Below, one piece after another: positions 1 through 12,068 of a stretch of DNA of 64,000 nucleotides. Origin of the DNA: Raillietiella orientalis (taxonomy: Eukaryota). Position numbers and translations under genes: made by a program. The notes under the pieces are model-generated. The model was not told the origin of the DNA, made no database searches, and was given only the letters and a program-made list of their open reading frames with translations. The DNA is taken from the NCBI GenBank assembly GCA_036172245.1, contig JAYWIR010000063.1:186001-250000 (forward strand), in the 5' to 3' direction. The stretch's first letter is position 1. Each line of letters begins with the position of its first letter.

Positions 1-534
1 CATGCTGTACGGCTGCGTGCGCCACGCTTCGTTGCGAGGAATCAGAAGCCAAACGGCAGGAGTGGTAGTGACGTTTCGAGTGACACCTGTGGCAATTCGA
101 CTTTCTTTTCTCTTTTTACCGTGCTCAAGAGATTGACGAACCAAGACAATACCTATCTCGGGGATCACGGGCACACTCACAAAAAAAGAGAAAGCCAAAA
201 AAAGAGAAAGGCCGATCTAACTGGAACTGCTAACGGTCCCTAAGAAGGAGCGACTGGCACTCTGCGTTTCATTTCATCACCCGGGAAAATTTGCACAGCT
301 TCTGTCGACCCCGGCGGTCAGCGATGGCTGCCCGCCGGGGTTTTCGCCGTTTGCTGCTCTTCTCGCGGAGAGCGCCGCCGCCGAGCGTTCCCGAATTCGG
401 CCGCCACCTTTCGAGCACAACCAACGGAACCGATCGGCAGTCCCAGGCGGAACACGCGCGGGTCGGTCGCGCGAAACCCGTCTTCCGCCGTCGGCGGGGT
501 GGTCGCGGAGGCAACGGCAAGGCACAAAAGGACA

Positions 535-1160
535 AGTGTGGGTGCGGCCTCCGCGCGCGGCACTACCAGGCGTCTCGGGTTCGAATCCCATCTGGGAGGG
601 AGGGAGGGAAGGGTCGACGCCGAGAAAAGGGGGGCGCGTCGTGGGTTTCGATTTTTCTCTCCCTCCCACACATACGGTTGGCCTATTGGGGTGCATGAGT
701 GGCTGGAAACCGGATGCCATCGCTGAGTGGCCGGGATTAAAAGTTGACCCTCCGGGGTGCTTCCGGGAGTCAAAATGTCTTCCGAGGTTCCCCTCCGGTT
801 GTGAAAAGGAAACTATCCCCCTGCTCGGGGAAGACCCCCCATCACGTACCATGGTTGATACTCCCCCTCGAAGGGTCGCCTCCCCAGAGTGTCCAAGAAG
901 CACACCGCTCTCTCCGGGGAGCACCCTTCAGGCAAAATTGGAAGGTGTCCCTTCGGGGATTCCCTTTAGGGGAGGTGAATCCTTTCCGGGGGTCCCTCCG
1001 GAGAGAATAAGGGAGAGGAAGTTCCCTCCGGGATTCGCTCCCGAGCGTGAGAGAAGCTGACTCCGGAGTCCTCCTGGATTCGTGGGGTGGCCCCTACGGG
1101 GTTACCCCTCAACTTGAAGAGCGAAGACGCACCATCGGGTGGCGTGGGCAGCGCCGTAGG
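535..1160 (+). mobile_element. tRNA-derived SINE, copy 1 (3' end missing)
   Basis: B-box GGGTTCGAATCCC at 577-589 and a second B-box-like GGGTTTCGA at 643-651. The body aligns by eye with 22425-23195 and 50365-50975 (shared blocks ggttggcctatt-gggtgc, gctggaaac, gtaccatgg, ttcctggattc, ttgaagag). Confidence 0.7.
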
Positions 1161-4100
1161 GGGCGCATGTGAGCGATTTGGATTCCCCCGCGTGGATGGA
1201 AACTCGCATTGGGCGAGAACAAGGGGCGCACAGATTTGCGGATGCCCTGCGGTGGTGGTGGCGGCGACGGCGCCGTTCGACTCCCGGCGACCGGGATGGC
1301 GCGCGCGCCCTCCTTGCCCCGGACGCGTGCTCGAAATAGAACGCTCCGTTCCTTTGGATTCCGCTTCCGGCGCAGTTGTGTGCGCGCGCGCCTGTTCGTT
1401 TCTGCACGGGCGGACGTGAGCGCTGAACCCCAGCCAGCCCACCTGCTGCTGTGGCCTGCGGTCATCGTCTCGCCAGCCATCTTGGATCCTCCCAAAACGT
1501 GGAGCTGCTCGCGGCGGCGTAAGCGCTCCTGTGCGACCTTGGGTTTTGTGTCCCGTCGCCAGGGGAACCGTCCGTGTCCTCCCCTCCCCCTCCGTTTTGC
1601 GTTGCGCGGCTTTTTCGCGTTCGAGGTGACCTGACCTGGCTGCGAGGGACGCTTTCGCCCCCTTCCCGTCTCCCCTGGGAACGTCAGCGAATACCGCGGT
1701 GGCAGCGACGTGCCTCGCGCGCGTAGCTGATCCGCGGACCACCACGCCGGCTCCGAGGATGCTCGTTCCTGGGCGGCGACCCCGTGCCTAGTCCGGTTCG
1801 AGTCATCCATCGGGTGTTCACGAGACCTCGGTTTCGGCCGCTCGGCTCTCCTGCCCGGTTCCCTCTGCTTCTTTCACGCACTACCGCACGGCCTCGCGCA
1901 GCCTCCAGACGGGGGATGTGGGACGTTGGAAAGGCCCTCGAGGGGAGAGAGAGCTGGCAAGAGAGCACCACCGCCTGGAGATGAGGTGGGAAGGTCCCCT
2001 CGGCCTCGTCCTGCCAGCAGGGGGAGCGGCGCGTCCGCCCGCGAACTGCTGCCCTGGCCTTCCGGTGTGACGGTCGTGGAGGGGGAGGGGGGGGGAGATC
2101 GTTTCTCGCGCCGTTGGACACCTTCGACTCGCATTTTCCAGGGTTGCCAATCCTTCGCACCTCTCGTGACGCGTCGCACACGCGCCCAAGGTGACGAAGG
2201 GCGCCTTGCCTTCTGGTCGTTCCCGCGGGGGACCCTTGGAGCTTCCGTGACCGCATGCGTTCCTGCCCTGCGTTCAGAGGTCCTCCCTTTCCGACTGCGA
2301 CTTCCGGTCACGCTGCTTCTTTTCCTGCCTCCAGGAAGGGGTCCCTTTTGATGTGATTTGATTTTTTTTGCGGTTGTTGGATGAGGAGGTTCGTCTGGCG
2401 GCTCTCTCAAGTTCGGCTTCGTGCAGCCTCCCGAACGCTCCCACAGCCGGTGAGGGAGGGTCTTTTCTCTGTCTTTCCTGGTCCCCACTCCCGCGAGGGA
2501 GCGCCCGTTGCGGGAAGGTCCTGCCCTTCTCTCTCGCAGCCCCGGGTCGTTCCAAACCGCTCGCGCACACGAGCGACGCGGCGTGGACGCCGCGGCAGCA
2601 GCCCAGCCGAGAGCTTCGACCTCGGCGGAATTTCCCTCGTTCCGCGGCTCCGCCCCCTCTTTTCCTCTTCCGATCTGCGCGCGCATCTCCGCGGCCCCTC
2701 GGGCCCCGAACCGGGAGCCAAAAGCTAGCCGCGCGCGTTCTCTCCAGCGTCCTTCCCGAGCCGCCGGGCGAAGTCCCTGCCGAGTCTTCCTGGAGGAATC
2801 GCCGCGAGGCGGCGGGCGCACGTCTACCTGCTCCCCGGGCTCGGTCGCGGCAAGCCCCTTCCCTTCCGATGCGGGGGCGGCTGCACTCGCGAGAGACGCC
2901 GCACCAGAGCTTGGAGCTCCGCGGAACGATGGAGGAGTCTTCGCTACTGCCCTGCTTTAAAGCCCTGGGTCGTAGGGAGGAGTCGGCCGCATGATGACTG
3001 CGGACATCTGCTGCATGTTTCGAGGACGGAGGGGAGGAGCGGCGTTCGGCACAGCCGGAAGGGAAGGGAGGGCAGGGCAGGGTCGAGGAAGTGGCCCTCC
3101 GGTTGACCAGGGATGAGAAAAACGCCTTGCGCGCGCGCCTTCCGCATCGGTCTGCTCGGAAGCTGGGAAACAGGAGCTGCGCTTCGCGATCTCCGGACCC
3201 CTTGGCAACCTCTCGGGGAGGATCGGGGCGTCGGACGCACCGGGGGCACCTACTGGGCCTGCGTACCGGGAGGTCTTTCGAGAGCCAGGGAGCCGCTCTC
3301 GGGAGAGACAGCCGCCAGAGAGCGGGAGGCAAACAGGGAAGGGGAGCGGCGAGCCCTCCAGGGAAGCGGGAAAGCAGAAGATGCTGAGGAGATTGGGGAG
3401 AGCGCTTCCTCCCCCCCCCCCTCATAATTCCATTCCGGTGAACCCCCAAATAAAAGCAGAAGAGGGGCGAGGAAGGATCTTTCCAGACAGAGCCGAGATC
3501 GCCGTTCGCTCCAGGCGACCGGGCACGCTTCCGGGAACCGTTGTACGCTCCCGGGCAAGCGCCCCTGGTCCTGCCTCTGGGGTTTTCCCTCGACGCCTGG
3601 ATGTCCACCTCGGCCGGTCTTTCGTACCTCTCGCGACGCGCCCCGCGTGCCCGAAGAGGGAGGCGGCGGTGCGACGAGTCCCCTCCCTCGGGTTCGCAAC
3701 TGGGAAAGAAACCTCCCCTCTTCCCGGTCCCGGTGCATCGACCACGCGGTCGAAAAGAGTCCAGTTTTCCCCTTCCCCTTTCGGAGCTCTCCTCAGCAGC
3801 TGCCCGGGATCAGATCACCGAGGAGCCGCGCGAACGAGAGCGAAATCGGCAGCCCTCCCGTTGCCCGATGAGGGAGGCCCCGCCGCCTCGTCTCCTCCTC
3901 GACGCCGCTTCCGCGCGCCTGCGCATCGCAGCCATCGCGAGGAAGCTGCGACAGCGGCCTCTGGGTGCCTCCTTCTTACAGTTCCTGGACGGGGGAGGAA
4001 GGGTGGTCCGGTCGGCCGTGCCCGGCGAAGGCGTCTCTGGCGGGGCTCGCTCTCTGTCGCTCGGCGCCTTCTGGAACTTCCCGCCGGCGGCTCGGCCTGG

Positions 4101-5139
4101 GCAGTCGCAGCGGCCTCGGTCGGAGTTTCGGAGACGAAAACTCGCGCGTCGAGCCCCCGGGCGCATGCGCAAAGAAACCGCAGCAAAGGGGGGAGAGAGA
4201 GAGACAGAGTGAAAGCAAAGAGAGAATGGTACAGTATAGCGAGTGTACTGTACGTACAGGTTGACCTAACAACCAAGCCGAGACCAGCCTCCGTGTCGAT
4301 TGCCCCGTCCGCTTGGTCACATCTTTGTCGCGTCAGCACCCAGATGAGACTACAGGTTTCGCTTGTGGAGAATTTCTCCCGGAGTCAGGCGGGCGAGAGA
4401 AAGGGAGAGAGACGCCCAGAAGGAAAGAAGAAGGGAAGTCCCGGACGGAAGGGTTGCTTTTTGTGCCCAGGGGGTGACTCCGACTCGAGGCTCATCAAGT
4501 GTTGGTTTCGGCACGCCCCGTTCCCGACCTCCTGGGATGGGACGTGGCCTCCGGCACGTCCCGCCAGGGGAGCCAGCGCGCAGTCGTCCAAGGAGGTCCC
4601 CGGTGCGCCTCGGGAAGCGCGCGCGCCGCCGCCTCCCGGCGTGACGTCTGCCGCCAGAAGAGACGGCGCGTGCCGCCGCTACGAGCGGTCGCAGCGAGCG
4701 GTGCACGTCGCCCGACCAGGCCGCTACCGTGGCGAGGGCGCCAGCGTTCTCCTCAAAGAGTTGGGCGGCGGCAGCAGCCCCCTGTCGAGTTTCCTGCGGT
4801 TGGACGTGACTGCGGGCCGCGGAGCCGGAAAATCCCTTCGGGGCAGTTGGGGTCGAGAAAGTTGAGAGGGCACCAAAACTCGCCGGGAAATCTTTTTTGT
4901 TTTTTCAAGAGCAAAGTTCGCTATCTGCTACCAGGGCGCCCGATCGGAAACACGCGTCCGGTTGCCTCGCAACGTGCAGGCGCGGGCCGCGTAGAAGTCC
5001 CTGCCCTTGGAAGAGCCTCGGAAGCCTCCAAGCCTCGCCGGTTGGGTGGAGCTTTGCAAGCAGACGGAACTTGTCTTAAGCAACCCGACTCGGGACTGAC
5101 TCCGGACTTCCGTCTAGTGCGCCTCGCTCAGGTTGACGG

Positions 5140-5572
5140 GTTTGTGGCTGCGGCTGTCTGCGCGCGCGGAGGGAGGGAGCCACGCCGAGAACGGGGAGAG
5201 GGGGGCGTCGTAGGTTTCGAGTCCTCCCCACTTCCCTCGCAAGATGGCGCTGGCTGGTCTACTCGAGTGCGGCGGCCCTGGTGGAAGGCGGAACCCCCCC
5301 ACCCACCCCCCGACTGACCTCAGGGATTGGGAGTTGACCCTCTGGGCTCCCTTCGGGGACAACTAGGACGAGGGTTCTCCTCCCAGGCGTGCGAGGAACA
5401 GACTCCGGAGTCTTCCGGGATTCGCAGGGCGGTCCCTCCGGCGTTGAAGAGCTGCTACGCGCGCCCTCGGGAGGCGTGGACGCTGATTAAAGAGCTTCGC
5501 GAGCCCCGCGCAAGGTGGCCAGCGGTTCTTCCGCACTCCTCGGGAACCGAAGAACAAAAAGGAAACCCTCCC
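5140..5572 (+). mobile_element. tRNA-derived SINE, copy 2 (internally deleted)
   Basis: Head gtggctgcggc...gcgcgcgg, then gtcgtaggtttcgagtcc. The 3' part (gttgaagagctgctacgcgcgccctcgggaggcgtggacgctgattaaagagctt...aaggtggccagcggttcttc) closely matches 23055-23145. Confidence 0.65.
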
Positions 5573-5634
5573 AGCCCGGTCAGACTCCGCGAATGCACCC
5601 AGAGAACCTCGTTCCATGGTCCTTCCTGCCCGCA

Positions 5635-5815
5635 GGCAGCACTCTTGAGTGGAACGAGCTGCGGAAGACGCTGACTTCCCATCCTCGTGAAGGCTGTGTA
5701 ATCCGGCGCTGTCGCTGCTGCGTTGCGTCTGCAGAAGCGCTGCAGTGGAGGATGGAGGGGGGTACCAGAGCCGCAGCCCCCGGGTTCGTGCCGCGAGTGG
5801 ATGCGGAAGACACGG
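5635..5815 (+). mobile_element. Possible degenerate APE-endonuclease N-terminus of an L1/Tx1-like LINE
   Basis: ctcttgagtggaac resembles ctcttgagctggaac (LLSWN) at about 48861; weak later matches to LQ and PG..SG motifs; frameshifted. Confidence 0.3.
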
Positions 5816-8759
5816 GGACGTGGCCATTCCAGGAAAAAAAAGTCCTAGCGGAACTCGGTGAGGGCCGACAGGCGCGTTCGAGCAGGCGGTCTGCTGCGTA
5901 CCACGCCCATCCACGCCCTTCCACGACGTCTGTCGTCCTCTGCGGGCGCCCTCCTGCAGCCGCGACGTGTGGACGACTGACCGCTGATTCGCGCGCTCGC
6001 ACCCCGCCCTTCCCTGCGGCCACTTTTTCGTTCGTTGACACGTGGCAGCACCGTCGCGAGCCCTCAGAGGACGCGGACGATCTTGTCAAGGACATGCGAT
6101 GCACTCCCATCTGTGGACTTCGGAACTCATCACAGTGCTGCCAAGTGTCTTTTTTTTTCTCTCTCTCCCTCTCCTTTCAAAAACAGTATGTGGATGCCCT
6201 TACTGTGGAAACATATTGAAAAAAAGGAGTGGGAAGTGACCGCGTGCCATCTGCATCAGAGGAAACGGAAAGTCGTTCGTCTGCAGAGCAGGCCATCGAC
6301 GGGAGCCCGAGTTGCCACGGTTACGACGAGCGTCGAATTTCGCAGGCTCTGCGCAAGTCGCAAATAACCGCAGCAGTGGAAATCGATCGATTAATTGCAC
6401 ACCGGAAGTGCTTCAGAGAGGGTGTGAACTGAGGAGGGGGGGCAGGTGAGACGGAAACGGAGAAGAGCGGTGTGGCCCGAGTTTCTCCTCCGTCGGGGTC
6501 GTGCGACGGAAGTGCGCGCACCGCGTCGTCAAGGGGAACCGTCGAGGATGCTGTGAGCCGTCGCGGCGTCTTTTGCCGAGATTCCGGCAATCCGTGCTGT
6601 GGGCTGCGACGCGTCCCGTCCGACCGCTGCCCGCGGCTCTCCGGTCACAGTCTGGCGAGCATCTCGGCCGCGTTCGGCACGTGGAAAGGGTCCATCCCGA
6701 ACTGTTCCGTCTGTGTTTATCTTTGGCCGCGCTTTCTCCTCCTCCCAGCTGCGCGCCCCGTCGTCCTACGGGCGTGTCGATGTGGGGTCACGCCGGATGG
6801 CCTCTCTGCGCCGCGTGCCCCTGACATTCCAGGGGCGAAAAACAGCGGCGCTGCTCGGCGGTACGGCAGCGTGCTGGCGCCACTGTCCCGGAGCCGTCCT
6901 GCTTTCCGCACCCGAAGTGGAAGGAAGTGCAGGAAGTGGACATCCGCGCTGAGACTGGGGGAAGGGGGAGGTCCGAGACGTTCTCGGGGACGAGTCAGCC
7001 GCATGGCAGGTGGCTTCGAAAGATTTGAAAGCAAGTTAGAAGCATCAACATCCCAACATCCGCTCGGATAGAACAAGAAGACGCGCGCGCACACAGCGTC
7101 ATATCGAGACCCTAAGCGTCTAAAGTTCATCTTGGCGCAGTTCCTGTTGTTCCCTTGTCCCTGGAGAATTTCGCACTCGAATGCGAACGCGCTCTCCGGA
7201 ACGCTCCGCAAAGGACGGTCGTGGCACAGCAGCGTGAGAGGGCGCCCGTCTCCAAGGAATCCTTCGCGGGAACGAGGAGGAAAGTCCGCAGGGCCGTGCT
7301 GGCGCCCATTTCGAGGCATCAGTCTGCTTGCGTAAGACGCACGAGATCCGCACAGTCGCGGATCCTCCAAGGATCCCACACTTATTGAGCGCCGGGGGCG
7401 ATCCGAGTGCGGAAGCGCTCCCAAGACCTCTTCGTTGCTTCAGCTTAATCTTCGCGCGAACACGCCTTCCTGGACCGTCCGAGTCGGGCGAAAGCCCCCG
7501 CGTTTCCGCGGGGTGAGTCGCCTCGCCGTGCAGAGCGCCTCTGGGCAGCACGCCCACGAGCGGGGTTTCCGGGAGAGGGCGACCCAGTCCGCGAGTTCCG
7601 GTGATGCCGTCGAGATGGCGCTTGTAAAATCTTCATTTGCTGCTGCTGGTCTCGTAGCGTGCCTTGTGAAGAGGGAAGTGTACTGCTGAGCACTTGCGCG
7701 CGGACACAGCGTACAAAAAGCACTTGTCACGTGTTCAGAGAGCGTCGGTTGTTTCCGTGTTTGGTGTAGGGGGCCGATATGGTGTGCGGCGCTCCAGTTG
7801 GGAAGGCGGGGTAGGCGAGGTGGCCGATGCGTTTGGCCACCATGCTGGGAGACTCGTCGGGCTTTAGAGGTTCCGTAAAGAATCAGCGCTTCTGGGTCTG
7901 TCTCTCCCTTTTGCTCCCCTCCCCCACAGGCTTCTGGTGCGTGTAAGTTTCCACTTGAATGAGCGGTTAAAGCTTCGTCATTTTATCTGGGAACGGACCT
8001 TGAACAGATGGCGGAAATCCCCCGGAGGACCATCGAAGGGAGCCGGGCTCCGCTTCCCGACCGGTCGTCGGAGAGGACGGGGGGGGGGGGGAAGGGGTGG
8101 CATCCGACCGCAGATGCGGGCGCGTCCTAACGACGCACCCCCGAAGCCCGAGGTCGCGCCCCCGCGCGTTATCTCGCGGAGGAACTCGGAACTTGCGACG
8201 CAGCCGAACCCGCGTCCGTTCCGCACGGTGCTCGATGCCGCGGCTGCCAGAGCGAGGCCACCAGCTTTTAAGAAGTGGATGGCTTTCTCATCCGGCATGC
8301 ACAAGCAGGGTCAAAAGCTTCAGAGACGAGAAGCACCAGGACGGAAAGCAAGTTGTCGCAGTTTCGCAGTTGACCACACGTCTTCCGAGCGAATGAACTG
8401 TACAGGGGATACAATTCGCTTTCCAAAGTGTATAGGGGTGGCTGCTCGTAACGATCTGCCGTGTTCCCCTTCCGTAGACGAGGGAATAAATCACCCGAAG
8501 AATGACTGTCAGGAAAACTGTGCAGTTCCGAAAACCTTGCCGAGTAGGAAGACAGAGGTCTCACGCGGCCCAGGCGATTCCATTCCGAATCCTCGCAGGG
8601 ATGCTGCATGCGGAACAGGGGAGGAACAAAAAGTGACATTTGGCGACATTCGCAGATCGATCCGTGGGAGACTCCATCCACTGGAACTACGCACGTACGT
8701 GAAAAGCCAAAAAAAGAGGAAGAAGAAAAGATGTTTGTCGGAACTTCTTTTCCCTTGGA

Positions 8760-9830
8760 GCTGCATGACTTGGCACGTGGGCCCAATGAGGTCGCAACAA
8801 GAGCCGCACTCGACTTGATTTTGACCCGGTTCTGTTTCCCGGTTCCCCCTCTTCGGGCCAAGGACGTGGCGACCTTTCGAGAGGATGGGGGATGACTGGC
8901 CGAATGACGGCGGAATCGGACGCTCGATCGGATGGACCGGGTTGGACGCCCGAGGAAGAGACCCGCTCGGACCGCCATCACGAAGGGCACACGCGTGCGT
9001 GCGTGCACAAAGGGCAAAACGCACGACGGGCAAATCGGCGACGTTGCCTTCGTATAGAGCTGCGGGCGAAACCCCCACCCTCTTGTGGTGTATCAGCTGC
9101 TTCCAAAGTGGACACGAACACACGTGATTCAGAGCAGGTGGAATCTGCGGAACAACGACGATGCTCGGTCTGGAACTACGGGATCGCTTCTGTGGATTGA
9201 ACACCACCAAAACTGCAGTTGAAACAAATAAGCAATTTCATTCTTTCCCTTCTTGCCTCAAAGTGAAATAAATATTTTACCGTTATTAATCCTCAAGGTG
9301 CATTTCGTGTTTTTTACGAGCGCCATCCACATCCATGTGTAACCCGTAGGGCTCGTATAACGCTCGTATAATACTCCGCGTTACACGGGCTAAGGAGCTG
9401 TGGGCATCAGGGACAAACTGGCTTCTCCGCTCAGCCTCTTGACGAGAAGTAGAAGAAGAAGAAGAAGAAGAAGAAAGTGGGATGTTGACATCAGGCTTCA
9501 AGAAGAGTGAAACTTTTTACGTAGAAGGACCGAATTACAGATTCGTTCGTGGAATCAGCAAGATTCCTCTGCAGACTGTGACGCAGATGAACCGGTGGTC
9601 GAAGCCAGCGTGGCTCCGGCTCGAACGAAGAGCTGATAAGTGAGCAATGAGGAGGACGAAAATTCAAAAAAAAAAAAAGGTTCTGGTTTGGAGGCTGCCT
9701 GCCCCGCTTCGTCTGGCCGTCCCGCATCTGCCTGACCCATTACGCTACGTGCGCAGAGCTGCGCTCTTCGGTGAACCAGGAGCGCCATTCATGTTTAGAA
9801 TAAGTTCCAAAGGGTTCGAACATCCAGCAA
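8760..9830 (-). pseudogene. Eroded 3' part (LDLa, probable TM and tail) of the MANSC/LRP11-like gene
   Basis: 9700-9805 (-) reads YSKHEWRSWFTEERSSAHVA* then, across frames, NG / RQ.RDG / DE. This is LDLa-like spacing with cysteines replaced, a stop and frameshifts. A weak hydrophobic segment VPFVMAVRAGLFLG...VRFRR lies near 8900-8990. Confidence 0.4.
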
Positions 9831-9873
9831 CGAAAAAAAAAAAAGGGAAGCAGCGAACGGAGGTGCTCCTTAC

Positions 9874-10390
9874 CTCCGGAGTCATCGAAGGGCGCTGCAT
9901 CCGCACTAGTGACTTGCTTTTCGTGCCATTTTTTCCAGGGCAGCAGATAGGCTTTCTGCCTGGCGGTTTGCAAGAGGGCACTTTCGTAACCCGGACGGTG
10001 CACAAAGGTGCAGTGCTCTTCTCCAAAGCCTACGCAGTCGAAAAGATAGCATAGCGATGGGAGCTTCGAAGATATCTTTTTGAACTAGCTGACTGCTCGG
10101 CTCACCTCTTTGAAGACCGCTGCGTCACACGAGGGTGTCCGGCAGCATAGCTGGACGCAGTCCTCCGTGCTTTCCGCGTGGCTTTCCTTGATGAAGTGGC
10201 TTCCCAGCTCGCGCGAGTGATGGGTTTGGATAACCACGTCTTTGCGCAGTTTGAACAGCTCTTGGCAGCTGGCCTGGTCCGGCCGGTAATCTTCACTGCC
10301 AGGCCATGCTGGATGTTTGTCTGATCCCACGAGCCAGTTGGCGCAAAAAGGAAACGGCAGCAGGAAAACTACCATCCACTGATGCACCAT
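9874..10390 (-). CDS. MANSC-domain protein with signal peptide (LRP11-like), exons 1-2
   Basis: Exon 1 10390-10106 (MVHQWMVVFLLPFPFC...SCQELF...HSRELGSHF...EDCVQLCCRTPSCDAAVFKE). 42-nt GT-AG intron 10105-10064. Exon 2 10063-9874 in phase (LPSLCYLFDCVGFGEEHCTFVHRPGYESALL...), then donor G|GTAAGG. The seven-cysteine MANSC pattern is complete; the 3' end is unresolved. Confidence 0.8.
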
Positions 10391-11668
10391 CTTGCTAAAC
10401 ACGGGCGGGGATTAAAAAATGTATATATTATTTATTTTTTCTGTTGACCACGAAAAGGAACTCGCTTTCCTCGTGCAAGAACATGTTGGAACCACCGAAG
10501 AGCGAGCATCTTTCGCAGCTGGGTGTTGGGCGGCCTGTAAGCACACGGCACCGTTGTTTCCGGGTGGGGCGCGCGCGTCCGAATGAAGCCACCGTCGAAC
10601 AGGTGCTCCCTGAGGAATGCAGATCGCGAGACGTGGCAGAACTCGGAAGCCTTCTTTCCAGTCCTCGGAGACGGAGAGCGACCGCGCCCGGTTGAGGAGC
10701 AGCGCACGCTGGCTGCAGCGTCGCGCCCAGCGGCTGCAGAGACGCTCGCGGCGCTGGTCGGACTTCAAAAGGTCGTCGGCAGCTCTCCTCGTTCCACGAG
10801 TAGAGGATACGTGGGTGACCACCTCTCGCTCTTGGCGACAGCATCGGCGGACGTCCGAGGACAGTCGGAATCTCCACTCTGACGAACGGGATCAGGAGGG
10901 CGGACCGACCACCTACTTTGGGCGGGCCGAGCAACTTCCGGACAGCCCGGAGAGCAGCCTAACTTTCTTCCTCGTTCTCGCAGGTGTGCGCGGTGTTGGA
11001 TCCGAGTTTGTTACCCGCTGCGCCACACCTTCCCGTGGGTGTCAACGAACATTCCGAAGAGGCTTCGACGCGAGCTGCCGTCCCCCCCCTGCTTACCCAC
11101 CCCCCTCTTCCGGAGGAGGAAAGGAACTCCGACGCCTTTTCACGCGATCGTTGTGCAGGCGCGCGACCTGGGGTGACTGCGGTGTCACTCGGAACACCGC
11201 ATTTACCTTAGCAGATGTGAATGCAACGCGTGCGCCCTCCAAAACACCGCACGGCACATCACAGGTTACACTTACGAGAAATGCAAGTATTCCCCCCTCG
11301 AAGAAAAATACACACGAATTCGCCCTTTTCGTTTCGTTAGCTTAGCGAGGGAAGGAAGGAAGGAAGGAAAGGGAAGAGGGGGAAGAAAGAAAAGAGAGAA
11401 AAAAATTTTTTCATGCTTACTTTCTCGAATCTCGGGAAGTTCGTCCTCCGCTCTCATTCCGCGAGGAGGACACCCAGTCAGTGGCGAAAAGGTAGCGGGG
11501 ATAGCTTGTTGCTCCCGGTTTTTGTGCCGCAGTTGCGTCGGGCCGGGGAGTGCATTGCGCGGAGAGGATGCTGCTACGGCGAAGTATCCGGAGATGCAGC
11601 GAAAGGTACGGCGATCGTTCCCGAAGAGGCTTCGCGGCGCTCGGAAGCTCCCACTCGCGGAAAGGACT

Positions 11669-11961
11669 CCCGGTCCCGACGGACGCATCCCCGGTCCCGA
11701 TGAATCCCCAGCCCCGACGGACGCAGCCCCGGTCCCGATGCATCCCCTGCCCCGACGGACGCAGCCCCGGTCCCGATGCATCCCCAGCCCCGACGGACGC
11801 AGCCCCGGTCCCGATGCATCCCCTGCCCCGACGGACGCACCCCCGGTCCCGATGAATCCCCGGCCCCGACGGACGCATCCCCGGTCCCGATGAATCCCCG
11901 GCCCCGACGGACGCAGCCCCGGTCCCGATTAATGCTTGGTCCCGACGCATCCCCGGTCCCC
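11669..11961. repeat. 38-bp GC-rich minisatellite, about 7 copies
   Basis: Unit gccccgacggacgcagccccggtcccgatgcatcccct with starts near 11673, 11711, 11749, 11787, 11825, 11863 and 11901. The unit is itself a dimer of related 21- and 17-nt subunits. Confidence 0.95.
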
Positions 11962-12068
11962 GAGCGTGCCCTCCCGCCCCGCTGGCAGACCCCCGCGTGT
12001 CCGCGGGGCAACAAACCGATGATGACCTTGTGAACTTGGACCCTCACTCAGTTGCATTGCTCTTTTAG

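Noticed and set aside
269..8800. Many long overlapping ORFs (e.g. 3381-4865, 2274-3608)
   Set aside because: Arg/Pro/Gly/Ser-rich in all six frames with no motifs, as expected from stop-codon scarcity in GC-rich DNA.
11669..11961. CRISPR array
   Set aside because: Contiguous tandem units with no unique spacers, no cas genes, and a eukaryotic context.
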